A DNA stretch of 64,000 nucleotides from Candidatus Hydrogenedens sp. (lineage in GTDB: Bacteria > Hydrogenedentota > Hydrogenedentia > Hydrogenedentales > Hydrogenedentaceae). The stretch covers positions 128,001 through 192,000 of the forward strand of contig JBMFRC010000001.1 of assembly GCA_049968235.1 (NCBI GenBank), given 5' to 3'. Shown here piece by piece: positions 39,709-49,685 of this stretch. Under the pieces are notes generated by a model. It was not told the origin of the DNA. It searched no databases and saw only the letters and a program-made list of their open reading frames with translations. Each line of letters starts with the position of its first letter. Positions within the stretch are counted from its first letter, which is position 1. The translations under genes and the position numbers were made by a program.

Positions 39709-40425
39709 CTATCCTATCTCTTCTTTTGATATAGCCTTCAAAAATGCTTGTTCAATTTCTGCGGATGGCTGAAGAGGGTCAATTGGAATTCCTGCCACAA
39801 TCTCGCCTCTATTTAAAATTAAAGCACGGGAACACAACAATGATACTTCAGAAAGAATATGCGTACTTAATAGAACCGTATGTTTCTCACCTAAATTTTT
39901 TATCAACTCTCGAATCTCAACTACCTGTTGTGGGTCTAAACCAACCGTTGGCTCATCTAAAATAATTACAGGCGGAGAACCCAGTAATGCCTGTGCCAAA
40001 CCTAATCGTTGCCGATACCCTTTTGATAGAACACCCACCACACGGTTAAAAACCTGTTCTAAACCACAAGTGTGAACTACTTCATCCACCGCTGACCTCC
40101 ACTCTCCCCCTGAAATTCCTTTTACCTTTGCTACAAATTTCAGAAAAGATTTAACCGTCATTTCATCATACAAGGGGACTCGTTCCGGCAAATAACCAAT
40201 TAACCGCTTTGCCTCCAGAGGATATTCATGAATTTCATACTGTCCAATTTTCGCTATTCCATAACTTGCAGGCATAAAACCTGTAAGAATACGCATCATC
40301 GTGCTTTTCCCTGCACCATTCGGTCCTAACAATCCCACACGCTCCCCTTCTTGAATGGAAAAAGAGACATCCTTCAACGCACAAAATAAACCATAATATT
40401 TCGTTAACTTCTGCACATCAATCAT
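39709..40425 (-). CDS. ABC transporter ATP-binding protein
   Basis: Walker A GLLGPNGAGKST; ABC signature LSKGYRQRLGLAQAL; Walker B IILDEPTVGLD; H-loop LLSTH. Confidence 0.9.
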   Translation of the reverse strand: MIDVQKLTKYYGLFCALKDVSFSIQEGERVGLLGPNGAGKSTMMRILTGFMPASYGIAKIGQYEIHEYPLEAKRLIGYLPERVPLYDEMTVKSFLKFVAKVKGISGGEWRSAVDEVVHTCGLEQVFNRVVGVLSKGYRQRLGLAQALLGSPPVIILDEPTVGLDPQQVVEIRELIKNLGEKHTVLLSTHILSEVSLLCSRALILNRGEIVAGIPIDPLQPSAEIEQAFLKAISKEEIG

Positions 40426-40562
40426 AATTAAAATCTCTGATTAATTTTATTTTATCTCTCATTTTTACTTACCTGTTTTACATCTGTTCTTTCATAAATT
40501 TCTTTAACAATATAATAATAGAGTATCGATTTGACAAAAACATATCTCAAACTGGTAATTTG

Positions 40563-40591
40563 TTGACATTATTATATAGATTTTCATATAT
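40563..40591 (+). promoter_or_regulatory. sigma70-like promoter candidate (TTGACA-N17-ATATAT) upstream of small ORF 40768..40968
   Basis: TTGACA at 40563-40568, then a 17-nt spacer, then ATATAT at 40586-40591. A second TTGACA-N17-GGTAAT lies 32 bp upstream (40531-40559). Sequence pattern only. Confidence 0.25.
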
Positions 40592-40767
40592 CAATCGGCA
40601 TTTTTTTCTTACAGACAGGAACAGTTTTCCGATAAAAACGCCTCGCTTTTCAAATTATATGACCATACTCTATTGATTTTCAGTGTCTTAAATCAAATTT
40701 TTAGCTCAAAAAAAATATGGCACAAAATATGCTAACAATTGTATAGTAAATAAAGAAAGGATGTAGT

Positions 40768-40968
40768 ATGATAGTTCAATGTTGCGTATGCAGAAAAATC
40801 AGACACGATGCAGAATGGATAATACCTACCCGGTATCAACTAATGAATCAACAAATCAGCCATACTTATTGCCCTGCCTGTGCTCATAAAACTATTACCG
40901 AATACCGCAAAACCCATGCAACCCTTCTCCCCAACCTCACTCCTAAAACAACTCACCAATCCGCATAA
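40768..40968 (+). CDS. small Cys-rich hypothetical protein (possible zinc-ribbon, CCVC...CPAC)
   Basis: 66-aa ORF preceded by AAAGGA 7 nt upstream. Two Cys pairs spaced about 27 residues apart. Isolated in an 890-bp divergent intergenic region. Confidence 0.25.
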   Translation: MIVQCCVCRKIRHDAEWIIPTRYQLMNQQISHTYCPACAHKTITEYRKTHATLLPNLTPKTTHQSA

Positions 40969-41312
40969 AATCCCTCAAACCAGCACAAGTAGTTTGAAAG
41001 CAAAAGTATAGATAAGTTGCTTATTTGAAATAAATTCCTTAATTTTCTGATTATCCCGTTCCGATAAGATATACTCTGATAAACTGCAAAAGTGCTTAAA
41101 AAAGATTTTATCCTTTTAATACAAGTTCACAATTACCAGAATAAAACTTTTTTCCTTTGCCCTTCCTGTAAATAATCTTTCATATACTATTTATTGTATT
41201 TGTTACATTCAGAGGACTCAAACATTTTGCCAGTTATTTTAATAATTAGGGTTTCTGTATAATTATCATAAATAATTTAAACAAATTAATTTTTCTTTAC
41301 AAGGAAACAGAT

Positions 41313-44279
41313 ATGGAACAACGGATTGGTTTTTGTTTTTTTGTATTTTTTATTTTTTTTGTTGGTTTGTTTGTATGGAGTAGTGCAGAGGTATCGGAAC
41401 TGGATTATGCAACTTCGCTGATTCGGTTTCCCGGACCGTGGCAATTTCAATTGCCTAAGGCAGGCATTATATTAGTGCGGGATGACGAACTGGATGCGTT
41501 ATGCAATCCTGACGCTGAGATTAATATAAGCGTTACTCGTGAGCCAAACATTACTACATTGCGAAAAATTTGTGAGAATGCTCAGGCAAGAGGTGTACGC
41601 ACTTTAACCATTGCATTTGACCATTTTTTTGCTCAGTACCGTCCCGGACAAAACAAACCCCGTGAATGGACACCGGATAAATCGGAGTATATTGAACGAA
41701 TAGCGAAGATAAGCCAATTCGCTCAGTCGTATGGGTTAGGTCTGGATTTAAGTTTTCTCACGCCTCTGGAATTAGGCACTGAATATCGTAAAGAAACGGG
41801 GGAATGTGGGGTATGGATGCATTTTGGGAAAGGGTTGCGGGACCCTGAAACGGGGAAATACAGTGTAGAATTGTGGAGACAGGAACGGTGGGCAAATAAT
41901 AAAGGTCCTATTGATGTTGAGTTTGCCGGAGTTCGAGTATTTGCGTTCAATGAAAATTCTTATGGGAGGCAATATAAGGTTGTTGCTCCCAACCAAATGG
42001 TAGAAATCAGCGAAACTGCACAAATTGAGGAATATCCATCGTTAAAGACAAACCATGGTGATTTCACTGCTACACGAATTCGAATTTATGGTAGTGGTGC
42101 AGTGGACAAGACGAAAGGGAACCGAATACTGGTCGTTGTTCATTATAAAACACCGGAAATGGATTATTTTAGCGACCATGCCTTAACCTACTTACAATCT
42201 TTGTGTGATAAATATATTAGTGCTGGTGTCAAAATTAATGCTCTCTATTCCGATGAGATGCATATACAGCAGGATTGGGCTTATTTTAATCATCATGATT
42301 TAGGTTCTTTTGCATTGCGTTATGTTAGTCCGGGGTTTCAAAAAGCCTTTGCTCAAAAATATGGTGAACAATATGCTGACCTTGCCCCTTATATGATTTA
42401 TTTTGTGCAGGGACAGGATGTATTTTCCAATGACCTTTTCGCTCATGAACCTATACAGCATATAATGTTACCGGGGACTGAGGGTATAATGAAAACGGTT
42501 TTGTTCCGGGCTCAATACTATCACTTCTTACAGAATGGTGTCGTTGACCTGTTTACTCAAGCCAAAAAATATCTTGAACAAAAAGTAGGATACAAGTTAG
42601 AAGCACGGGCTCATGCAACATGGGCAGAAAGTCCCACCTGTGATTTATGGCGGACAGAACGATGTCTGTATCGATTAAATTATGTTTATGAATATACATC
42701 TAATTTTATGTGGTCTAACACGGTTCATCAAGCGAGTTCCGCCTGTTATGATTATTTCAAGTGGGGTGATTTTTTAACAGGCAATGGGAATGATACCGCA
42801 GAAGGAGGTTTTCTCGACCGTAATTATTATGGTCTAGCTTTAGGGGCTTCTACCGGTGTAATTAATGATGTCCCGAACTCTTACTCTGCTCATTGGGGTA
42901 TGCCTCATGAAATTGCAGACCGACGGCAGGCAGTTTGCGATGTATATGGGAATGCCCCCTGGTTACCTTTTGCACTGGTAGAAGATTATGAACATCGCGA
43001 TACCGATGTTTTATTCTTATATCCCATTGACCTTGTCGCTTTTGATGAACGCTTCGGTAGTTTAACCATTCAATACGGCTATGGGAATTATATCACTGCG
43101 GAAAAACTTCTCGAATTAGGCTCTTTTGATAATGGTATTTGTCGTATTAAAAACCGTTCTTATAAAACATTAGTAGCATTATTTGAACCTACTCCGCCAG
43201 AAGGGCTTGTAGAAAAATTATCCTCTTTTGTAGAACATGGTGGGAACTTAATCTGGATAGGACCACCTCCTTACTTTGACTTTGCTGGAAATCCCATCCT
43301 TGATAAGTGGCAAAACTTGATGGGACTTAACTATCATCCTTCGCGGTTTTGCGGTTATTCTGCGGTTGGAATGGATATAGAATTTACAGGACCTCTTGCC
43401 CAATTATCACCTATGACTATATTAACCGATTTTCCCATAGATTCTATCTATCCTGTACAACCTCTTGAAAATACAACAACAATTGCAACATGCAAAGGAA
43501 ATATTGTTGGAACATATAAAGAGATACAAAAAGGCAAAGCAGTATTTTTAGGCTTCCGTCCACGGGACAATCAAAGTGCCAGTCTGGGAAAAGAAACTCG
43601 CTGGTTATTTGATATTTTATCTGCAATGAACGCATATCCACCTTCCGGTGTTTTTAACGGATATAATGATAATCCAGACTATTTATCGCGAAATAATCCT
43701 TATATGTTTTCCCGTTTCCCCAATGGAACTATCGCCGTGGCACCTCATTATAAGGATATTGAAGAGGGATGGGAAGGAGGTTTTGCTCGAAATCGTGGAA
43801 AAGATGAACAAATAGTCAAGGAACTAAACTTAAAACCTAATGTGATAGAATTGCAAGACTTTAAAGTTTGGGGGCATACCGTTACCTATCAAGGGAATAG
43901 AGCCATGGCATTCCGAATTGTGGATGGAAATCTACTTGCTTTTACAGGAGCCGGCTCAAAAGAGATATATATTGATGGACAAACTTTTACTTTTGCGGAC
44001 AATCCTGTGCACCACATTGCATGGGCTCCCGTTCCTCAAAACCGTTATGTTGAAAACGGAGCCGTTGCTATAGTTTTCGCAAATGGGAACGGTAATATTT
44101 ATATTCCATTCAAAGCACCTCAAAGTAAACCTTTTGAGATTATCGCAGAAGGGGCAACACCGGGAAGTACCGGTGAGAAAATACCTTTTGAATATTTAGA
44201 AACAGAAGGAATACTTACAATAGCCCTAACTCCTAATTCGCTCAACAGACTTCTGTATATAGTTCCATTGTCCCAATAA
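41313..44279 (+). CDS. large exported/anchored hypothetical protein (988 aa), function not recognised
   Basis: N-terminal hydrophobic signal or anchor FCFFVFFIFFVGLFVWSSAEV. Long uninterrupted ORF, good ribosome-binding-site spacing, no motif I recognise. Confidence 0.55.
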   Translation: MEQRIGFCFFVFFIFFVGLFVWSSAEVSELDYATSLIRFPGPWQFQLPKAGIILVRDDELDALCNPDAEINISVTREPNITTLRKICENAQARGVRTLTIAFDHFFAQYRPGQNKPREWTPDKSEYIERIAKISQFAQSYGLGLDLSFLTPLELGTEYRKETGECGVWMHFGKGLRDPETGKYSVELWRQERWANNKGPIDVEFAGVRVFAFNENSYGRQYKVVAPNQMVEISETAQIEEYPSLKTNHGDFTATRIRIYGSGAVDKTKGNRILVVVHYKTPEMDYFSDHALTYLQSLCDKYISAGVKINALYSDEMHIQQDWAYFNHHDLGSFALRYVSPGFQKAFAQKYGEQYADLAPYMIYFVQGQDVFSNDLFAHEPIQHIMLPGTEGIMKTVLFRAQYYHFLQNGVVDLFTQAKKYLEQKVGYKLEARAHATWAESPTCDLWRTERCLYRLNYVYEYTSNFMWSNTVHQASSACYDYFKWGDFLTGNGNDTAEGGFLDRNYYGLALGASTGVINDVPNSYSAHWGMPHEIADRRQAVCDVYGNAPWLPFALVEDYEHRDTDVLFLYPIDLVAFDERFGSLTIQYGYGNYITAEKLLELGSFDNGICRIKNRSYKTLVALFEPTPPEGLVEKLSSFVEHGGNLIWIGPPPYFDFAGNPILDKWQNLMGLNYHPSRFCGYSAVGMDIEFTGPLAQLSPMTILTDFPIDSIYPVQPLENTTTIATCKGNIVGTYKEIQKGKAVFLGFRPRDNQSASLGKETRWLFDILSAMNAYPPSGVFNGYNDNPDYLSRNNPYMFSRFPNGTIAVAPHYKDIEEGWEGGFARNRGKDEQIVKELNLKPNVIELQDFKVWGHTVTYQGNRAMAFRIVDGNLLAFTGAGSKEIYIDGQTFTFADNPVHHIAWAPVPQNRYVENGAVAIVFANGNGNIYIPFKAPQSKPFEIIAEGATPGSTGEKIPFEYLETEGILTIALTPNSLNRLLYIVPLSQ

Positions 44280-44280
44280 T

Positions 44281-45102
44281 ATGCTTATACAAAAGTTAAA
44301 AGATTCTATTCCTAAAATATTTTTAGACCCCGACTGGCTCCTTGCATGGAAAAATATACTGCTACCTACCTATTGTATTCATTGCGATAGTCGTTTAATA
44401 ACAGAAGAAAATCCTTTTTATTGTCCAACATGCTGGGCAAGTCTGCCCCGTATTGAAAGACCCTTCTGTTCTATTTGTGGAATTCCCCATCCCATTGCAA
44501 TAGGTTTCGGAACACGCTCCAATTTTCCTTGCGAAAGTTGTAGATTTCATCCGAATCCCTATATAGACAGGATACAAAGCCCTCTCCAGTATAAAGGGAT
44601 TGCCCGTGATGCATTAATCACATTTAAGTTCAAAAAAGAACAACTTATGGCAGACCCGCTGGGAGCATTGCTTCGCGAATGGGTCGAAACAGAAATGGCA
44701 GAGGAACATTTTGATTTAATCATTCCCGTACCTTTACACCCATTTCGGCTCCATCGTAGAGGCTTTAACCAATCGCTCCTGCTTGCAGAACAAATTGTTA
44801 ACTTATTCGATGGTGCTATTTTATCCGAAGCACTCATCCGTGTTCGTCCTACATTAACTCAGACCTTACTTACCGTTGAGGAACGGAAGAAAAATATTCG
44901 TAATGCTTTTCAGGTGCGTAACCCTAATGAGGTAAAAGGGAAAAAGATATTGCTTGTTGACGATATTGTAACAACATCTGCTACAGTTACGGAATGTGCT
45001 CGTGTGTTAAAAAAGAACGGTGCCGTATCTATTTATGTTTTATCTGTGGCAAGGGCTTCACATTTACCTGATATAGATGATGTACTGGAACCTGTAATGT
45101 AA
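44281..45102 (+). CDS. ComF-family protein (N-terminal zinc-finger, C-terminal phosphoribosyltransferase domain)
   Basis: CIHCDSRL...CPTCW...CSICG...CESCR Cys clusters. PRTase motif KKILLVDDIVTTSATVTECARVL. Confidence 0.75.
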   Translation: MLIQKLKDSIPKIFLDPDWLLAWKNILLPTYCIHCDSRLITEENPFYCPTCWASLPRIERPFCSICGIPHPIAIGFGTRSNFPCESCRFHPNPYIDRIQSPLQYKGIARDALITFKFKKEQLMADPLGALLREWVETEMAEEHFDLIIPVPLHPFRLHRRGFNQSLLLAEQIVNLFDGAILSEALIRVRPTLTQTLLTVEERKKNIRNAFQVRNPNEVKGKKILLVDDIVTTSATVTECARVLKKNGAVSIYVLSVARASHLPDIDDVLEPVM

Positions 45103-45181
45103 ATCTATTCCCTGCGAACCTATAATGCACTACTACTATCCAATCCATTAAAATTAAATAAAATATAATTTAGATACTAAA

Positions 45182-46222
45182 ATGGAAATACATCAAAAGG
45201 ACATATCAAAAATTCTTATTATTCGTTTAAGTGCCATCGGAGATGTAATTCGAGTTATCCCTGTAATGGAAGCCATTCGAATTGCCTATCCCGATGCACA
45301 AATCGATTGGGTTGTTGAAAAAAAAGCCAGTGATGTAATTAACGGGCATCCTGCTTTAAATAACTGTATCGTTTTTGAACGCAGTGATAATATCTTCTCG
45401 TCATTAAAAAAATTTTTAACATTATGCAAAGAAATAAAAGAGAACCATTATGACCTCACTATTGATTTTCATGGTATCCTGAAGAGTGGAATTATTTCTT
45501 TTTTTTCCAGGGCGCCCTATCGGTTCTCTTTTGCACCTCCTCGGGCTCAGGAATTCAGTCATTTATTTGCCAACTATCAGGTAGCATTGCCTCCGGATAA
45601 AATCCTAACACGGGTAGAAGAAAATTTTATGCTTGCGCATGTTGTAGGAGTTGAAAAAATAGACGATTGGATAGGTATGTTTATTCCAATTGAAATTGAG
45701 GAAGAAATTCAGAACCTCATGCAGAAGATTTGTGAAACAAACAAAAAACTAATTGTAATTCATCCCCCTGTGGAACGACCTGAAAAGCAGTGGCCCCTTG
45801 GACATTTTGCACGACTTGCAGACCTGCTTATTGCAGACGGTAGGTTTGAAGTCTTATTTACATGGGGTCCCGGGCAACTTAATACCATCAAACAAATAAC
45901 AAAACAGATGCAATACCCCGTTCTTGTATCCCCGCAATTACCCACATTAAAACATTTAGCAAGTATAATTAATTATTCATCTGTTTTTATCTCCGGAGAC
46001 ACGGGACCCATGCATTTAGCGTGGTTATTACAACAGCCTGCAATTTGCCTTTTTGGAGGAACAAATCCTCAACAACACGCACCTCAGGGTCCACACTTTC
46101 GCGTACTTTATAAAGGACCGATCCCATTCCCACCCAAAATGTCAATATCTCAGGCACAGGAATACTTAAAAGAAATCACACCCGACGAAGTCTTTAAAAG
46201 TGTATTAGAATTAATAAGATAA
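45182..46222 (+). CDS. glycosyltransferase family 9 (LPS heptosyltransferase-like)
   Basis: N-terminal KILIIRLSAIGDVIRVIPVMEAIRIAYPDAQIDWVVEKK is typical of the heptosyltransferase N-domain. C-terminal GDTGPMHLA. Confidence 0.75.
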   Translation: MEIHQKDISKILIIRLSAIGDVIRVIPVMEAIRIAYPDAQIDWVVEKKASDVINGHPALNNCIVFERSDNIFSSLKKFLTLCKEIKENHYDLTIDFHGILKSGIISFFSRAPYRFSFAPPRAQEFSHLFANYQVALPPDKILTRVEENFMLAHVVGVEKIDDWIGMFIPIEIEEEIQNLMQKICETNKKLIVIHPPVERPEKQWPLGHFARLADLLIADGRFEVLFTWGPGQLNTIKQITKQMQYPVLVSPQLPTLKHLASIINYSSVFISGDTGPMHLAWLLQQPAICLFGGTNPQQHAPQGPHFRVLYKGPIPFPPKMSISQAQEYLKEITPDEVFKSVLELIR

Positions 46223-46324
46223 AGTGTCTTTTTACTCTAAGAAAAAAATGTTTTAACATAATTTATATTTAGAATTACTGTTTGTTATTTAAAAAATAAC
46301 GAGAAAAACAAAAAGGAGCCTCCT

Positions 46325-47545
46325 ATGAAAATCGCTATTACTTCAGATATTCATTTGGGAGATAATAATTCGAAACTCAACATGAATTCATCGGGGAATG
46401 ACATATTTTACAAATTCATGGAATTACTTTATGAGCACCCTCACCGGGGTCCAATTGATTATTTAATACTCAATGGAGATATTTTGGATTTTTCTATAAA
46501 TTCTTTTGAGAACTCATGCAACACTGCCAAAAAATTCTTCCGGGAAATTAAAAATACCCAAAAAGAAGGGCGAGATATTGTAAAGGAAATTATATACATT
46601 CCCGGTAATCATGATAAACATATATGGGATGCCGTTGAATGGGAAGTAAGTGTCATCAGGAGATTAAAAAAACATAAAGATGTCAAACCATTTAAAAGGA
46701 CACAACCGGGTATTATAGATTTATCAACAAATTCAGGGGACAAAAGATTAATATTACCCGGAGTAAGATACGTTGAAAGAAAAAGTAGATACGGAGACCT
46801 TTTTTTAGAAGGACTTTTCCAAGATGTAAATAACAAATTGCCCATAAATATAGTATATCCAAATCTCTATATCAAGGTAAATAACAGCATATATATAGTT
46901 ACTCATGGTCATATGTTTGACACGCCCTGGGTTTTATTATCTGAACTTTTAGAGGGTTGGGAAAATATTAAATGCACTGAGATTCAACATTTTGAGGAGT
47001 ACAATTATCCTCTTACATCTATGATTTGCACAGGTGTTGGGCAAGGAGGAGATGTTTTTGAATTACTTTACAGAATACTAATTGATATAAGAGAAAATAA
47101 AAAAACAACAAGGCTTGAACATACACTTGCTTATATGTTATCCCGATTATCAAAAAATTTAGGGGAAAATAAGTTCTTAGCCTTACTTAAATCCCAAAAA
47201 GTAGATACTTTTATCACTAAGATAATAATTGGATATTTTCTTAGAGGAAAGGGTATAGAAAATCCAAGAAACAATAAACAATATTTTGATATACAAAAGA
47301 ATTCAAATAAGAAAGAACGGTTGAAAAAATTTTACGAGGCAAGTTTTAATCAATTAAAACATATATCCGAGAATAATGAACAAGATAATTTTAAAAAAAT
47401 CAGTATTATCTTCGGACATACGCATATTGCTAATAAAGCTATTAAAAAAGATACCCTTTCATTGGATGGCATTAATTTAGATATATACAACACAGGGGGG
47501 GTGGTTAAAAGATACGGAAACAGGTGCAGAGATTTTCTTTTTTAA
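46325..47545 (+). CDS. calcineurin-like metallophosphoesterase
   Basis: Motifs SDIHLGD, LNGDILD, PGNHD, VTHGHMFD and GHTHI (D-X-H / GDXXD / GNH[DE] / GH.H series). Confidence 0.6.
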   Translation: MKIAITSDIHLGDNNSKLNMNSSGNDIFYKFMELLYEHPHRGPIDYLILNGDILDFSINSFENSCNTAKKFFREIKNTQKEGRDIVKEIIYIPGNHDKHIWDAVEWEVSVIRRLKKHKDVKPFKRTQPGIIDLSTNSGDKRLILPGVRYVERKSRYGDLFLEGLFQDVNNKLPINIVYPNLYIKVNNSIYIVTHGHMFDTPWVLLSELLEGWENIKCTEIQHFEEYNYPLTSMICTGVGQGGDVFELLYRILIDIRENKKTTRLEHTLAYMLSRLSKNLGENKFLALLKSQKVDTFITKIIIGYFLRGKGIENPRNNKQYFDIQKNSNKKERLKKFYEASFNQLKHISENNEQDNFKKISIIFGHTHIANKAIKKDTLSLDGINLDIYNTGGVVKRYGNRCRDFLF

Positions 47546-47589
47546 TGACAACGGCGAATTAACAAGTGAAAATATTAATGAGTATATGA

Positions 47590-48573
47590 TTAAATAAAAT
47601 GTTCATAACCTTTAATGGTAGGTTCAGCCCCATCGATACGGACACCTTTCCATTCATCCGTTACATAACCAATTGCAGTTAGCGAACATAAAAATTTTCG
47701 ATTAAATTTAGAACATGTTTGTTCCCAACTTTCCTTCGGAATAGTAACAAGTAATTGATATTCCTCTCCCCCACCAAGAGTAAAATTATCCATTTCAAGA
47801 TTGTATGTTCTGCAAAATTCCGTCAGTTCTTTTGAAACAGGTATATCCGATTTGCAGATATTTATTCCTACATGTGACATTTCTGCAATATGTTCTGCAT
47901 CTGAAATCAATCCGTCACTTATATCAATCATAGCGTTTACTTTGCCCTTTGCACACAACCATTTTCCTTCCTGCACACGCGGTATGGGGTACCAATGGGA
48001 ACGCCACAAAGCAGGAACGGGTAATTTTCGTAACAACGCTAATAATCCCGCCGACGAATTGCCCAATGTACCTGTAACAGCAAGAATATCTCCCGGTTTA
48101 GCACCGGAACGGGTAACAAATTTTTTTCGTTCAACCTCACCCACAACAGTTACATCAATAACAATACTATTGTTAGAGGAAGTAGTCGTATCTCCGCCAA
48201 TAATTGCACCATTTACAAATTTCGTTGCTTCTAACATCCCTCTATATATACTTTCTACCCTTTGCACAGAAATACTTTCTGGAAGAGCCAGAGAAACCAC
48301 TGCCCATCGAGGTTGTCCTCCCATTCCAGCAATATCGCTCCATGCAGATGCCATCGCTTTCCAGCCTATTGCAAATGGAGGAAAACCTTCTGTTAAAAAA
48401 TGTATATTTTCCACAGACATATCGGATGAAATTAGAAGGGAAGAAGAACCTATTTTCACCACAGCACAATCATCACCAATTGCTACCACAACATTTTTTC
48501 CGCCCGTTCTGGGAATGAGAGATTCTACTCTCTTTATGAATGATAATTCGCCTATATCTTTTAATCTAATCAT
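47590..48573 (-). CDS. thiL: thiamine-monophosphate kinase ThiL
   Basis: AIR-synthase-related fold; motifs AIGDDCAVVK and SSDMSVENIHF. The ORF-track start (48618) overlaps the upstream gene. The internal Met (MIRLKD) at about 48573 gives a short overlap typical of coupled genes. Confidence 0.7.
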   Translation of the reverse strand: MIRLKDIGELSFIKRVESLIPRTGGKNVVVAIGDDCAVVKIGSSSLLISSDMSVENIHFLTEGFPPFAIGWKAMASAWSDIAGMGGQPRWAVVSLALPESISVQRVESIYRGMLEATKFVNGAIIGGDTTTSSNNSIVIDVTVVGEVERKKFVTRSGAKPGDILAVTGTLGNSSAGLLALLRKLPVPALWRSHWYPIPRVQEGKWLCAKGKVNAMIDISDGLISDAEHIAEMSHVGINICKSDIPVSKELTEFCRTYNLEMDNFTLGGGEEYQLLVTIPKESWEQTCSKFNRKFLCSLTAIGYVTDEWKGVRIDGAEPTIKGYEHFI

Positions 48574-49480
48574 AAGGTTGTGGATCCAACTCCCTCCACA
48601 CCTGATGTAAAAAATCAAACAAATCGCCTGCTGTCATGCTCCGTGGATGTAATGCCTGTTCAGCAAGGTCTCCTGCTCTTCCGTGGAGCCACACACCTAA
48701 TTGGCTGGCATGATACGGAGACATACCCTGGGCTACAAGTCCCGCAATAAGCCCTGCAAGAACATCGCCTGTGCCACCTTTGGATAAACCATGCCCTCCC
48801 GTCGTATTTATAGCATACGCTCCATCAGGATTTGCAATCACCGTATGGTATCCTTTCAAAACAACAACCACACCCATTTGCCTTGCAAAATCAATAGCAC
48901 ATTGTTCCCTATCCTGCTGTATTTCCTTTATGGATTTTTTAATCAATCGCGACATCTCCCCGGGGTGTGGAGTAAGAACAGGTGTTCCTTCACACATCCG
49001 CAAAATACCGGGATTATCACTTATGGCATTCAATCCGTCTGCATCAATTATAAGAGGGGCTTTTATTTGGGGTAATACCTTTTTAACAAAATTTATAGTA
49101 GATGGATGCTGACTTAATCCGGGTCCTAATAATACAGCATTTTTATCTTTTGAAAATTCAATTATTCTATCTGCTCCCTCTTCGGCAAATGTTCCTTCCT
49201 TCGTTGATGGTAATGGGTAAAAAATAATTTCCATTAAACTACTTGCGATAACATCTATAACAGTAGCGGGAACAGCCAATGTAACTAATCCTACCCCGGA
49301 ATGCATTCCCGCATAGGCAGAAAGTTTCCCTGCACCGGTATAATACCGTGAACCTGCAATAACAAGAAGATGCCCAAACCTGCCCTTATGGTCATGATTT
49401 GACCGTACTGGCAAAATCTTCTTTAAATCATCTATATTTATTAAATTATTCATAACTATATTTCCTGTCTTTATACCCAA
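48566..49480 (-). CDS. ADP-dependent NAD(P)H-hydrate dehydratase (YjeF C-terminal domain family)
   Basis: HKGRFGHLLVIAGSRYYTGAGKLSAYAG, VLLGPGL, IIDADGL and GGTGDVLAG motifs. Confidence 0.8.
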   Translation of the reverse strand: MGIKTGNIVMNNLINIDDLKKILPVRSNHDHKGRFGHLLVIAGSRYYTGAGKLSAYAGMHSGVGLVTLAVPATVIDVIASSLMEIIFYPLPSTKEGTFAEEGADRIIEFSKDKNAVLLGPGLSQHPSTINFVKKVLPQIKAPLIIDADGLNAISDNPGILRMCEGTPVLTPHPGEMSRLIKKSIKEIQQDREQCAIDFARQMGVVVVLKGYHTVIANPDGAYAINTTGGHGLSKGGTGDVLAGLIAGLVAQGMSPYHASQLGVWLHGRAGDLAEQALHPRSMTAGDLFDFLHQVWRELDPQPYD

Positions 49481-49685
49481 TTATAAAACATATATTATTA
49501 CCCAGATAAACTCCAACAATAATCGTTATACTATTACAAATATTTTTTTATCCTGCTCAATTTTATGATTATTCCTTATTCATTGTCCATTATTTTCCTA
49601 TGCGAATTTTTTGAGGTTATCTGCTTCCCTTGCCGTTAATAAATTGTACTTTTATTTATGAGAATAATCGAAGGGGAAATGAGTT

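Noticed and set aside
47801-48610. 269-aa plus-strand ORF
   Set aside because: It lies entirely antisense to thiL. Its translation is low-complexity with no motifs, whereas the minus-strand frame has clear ThiL signatures.
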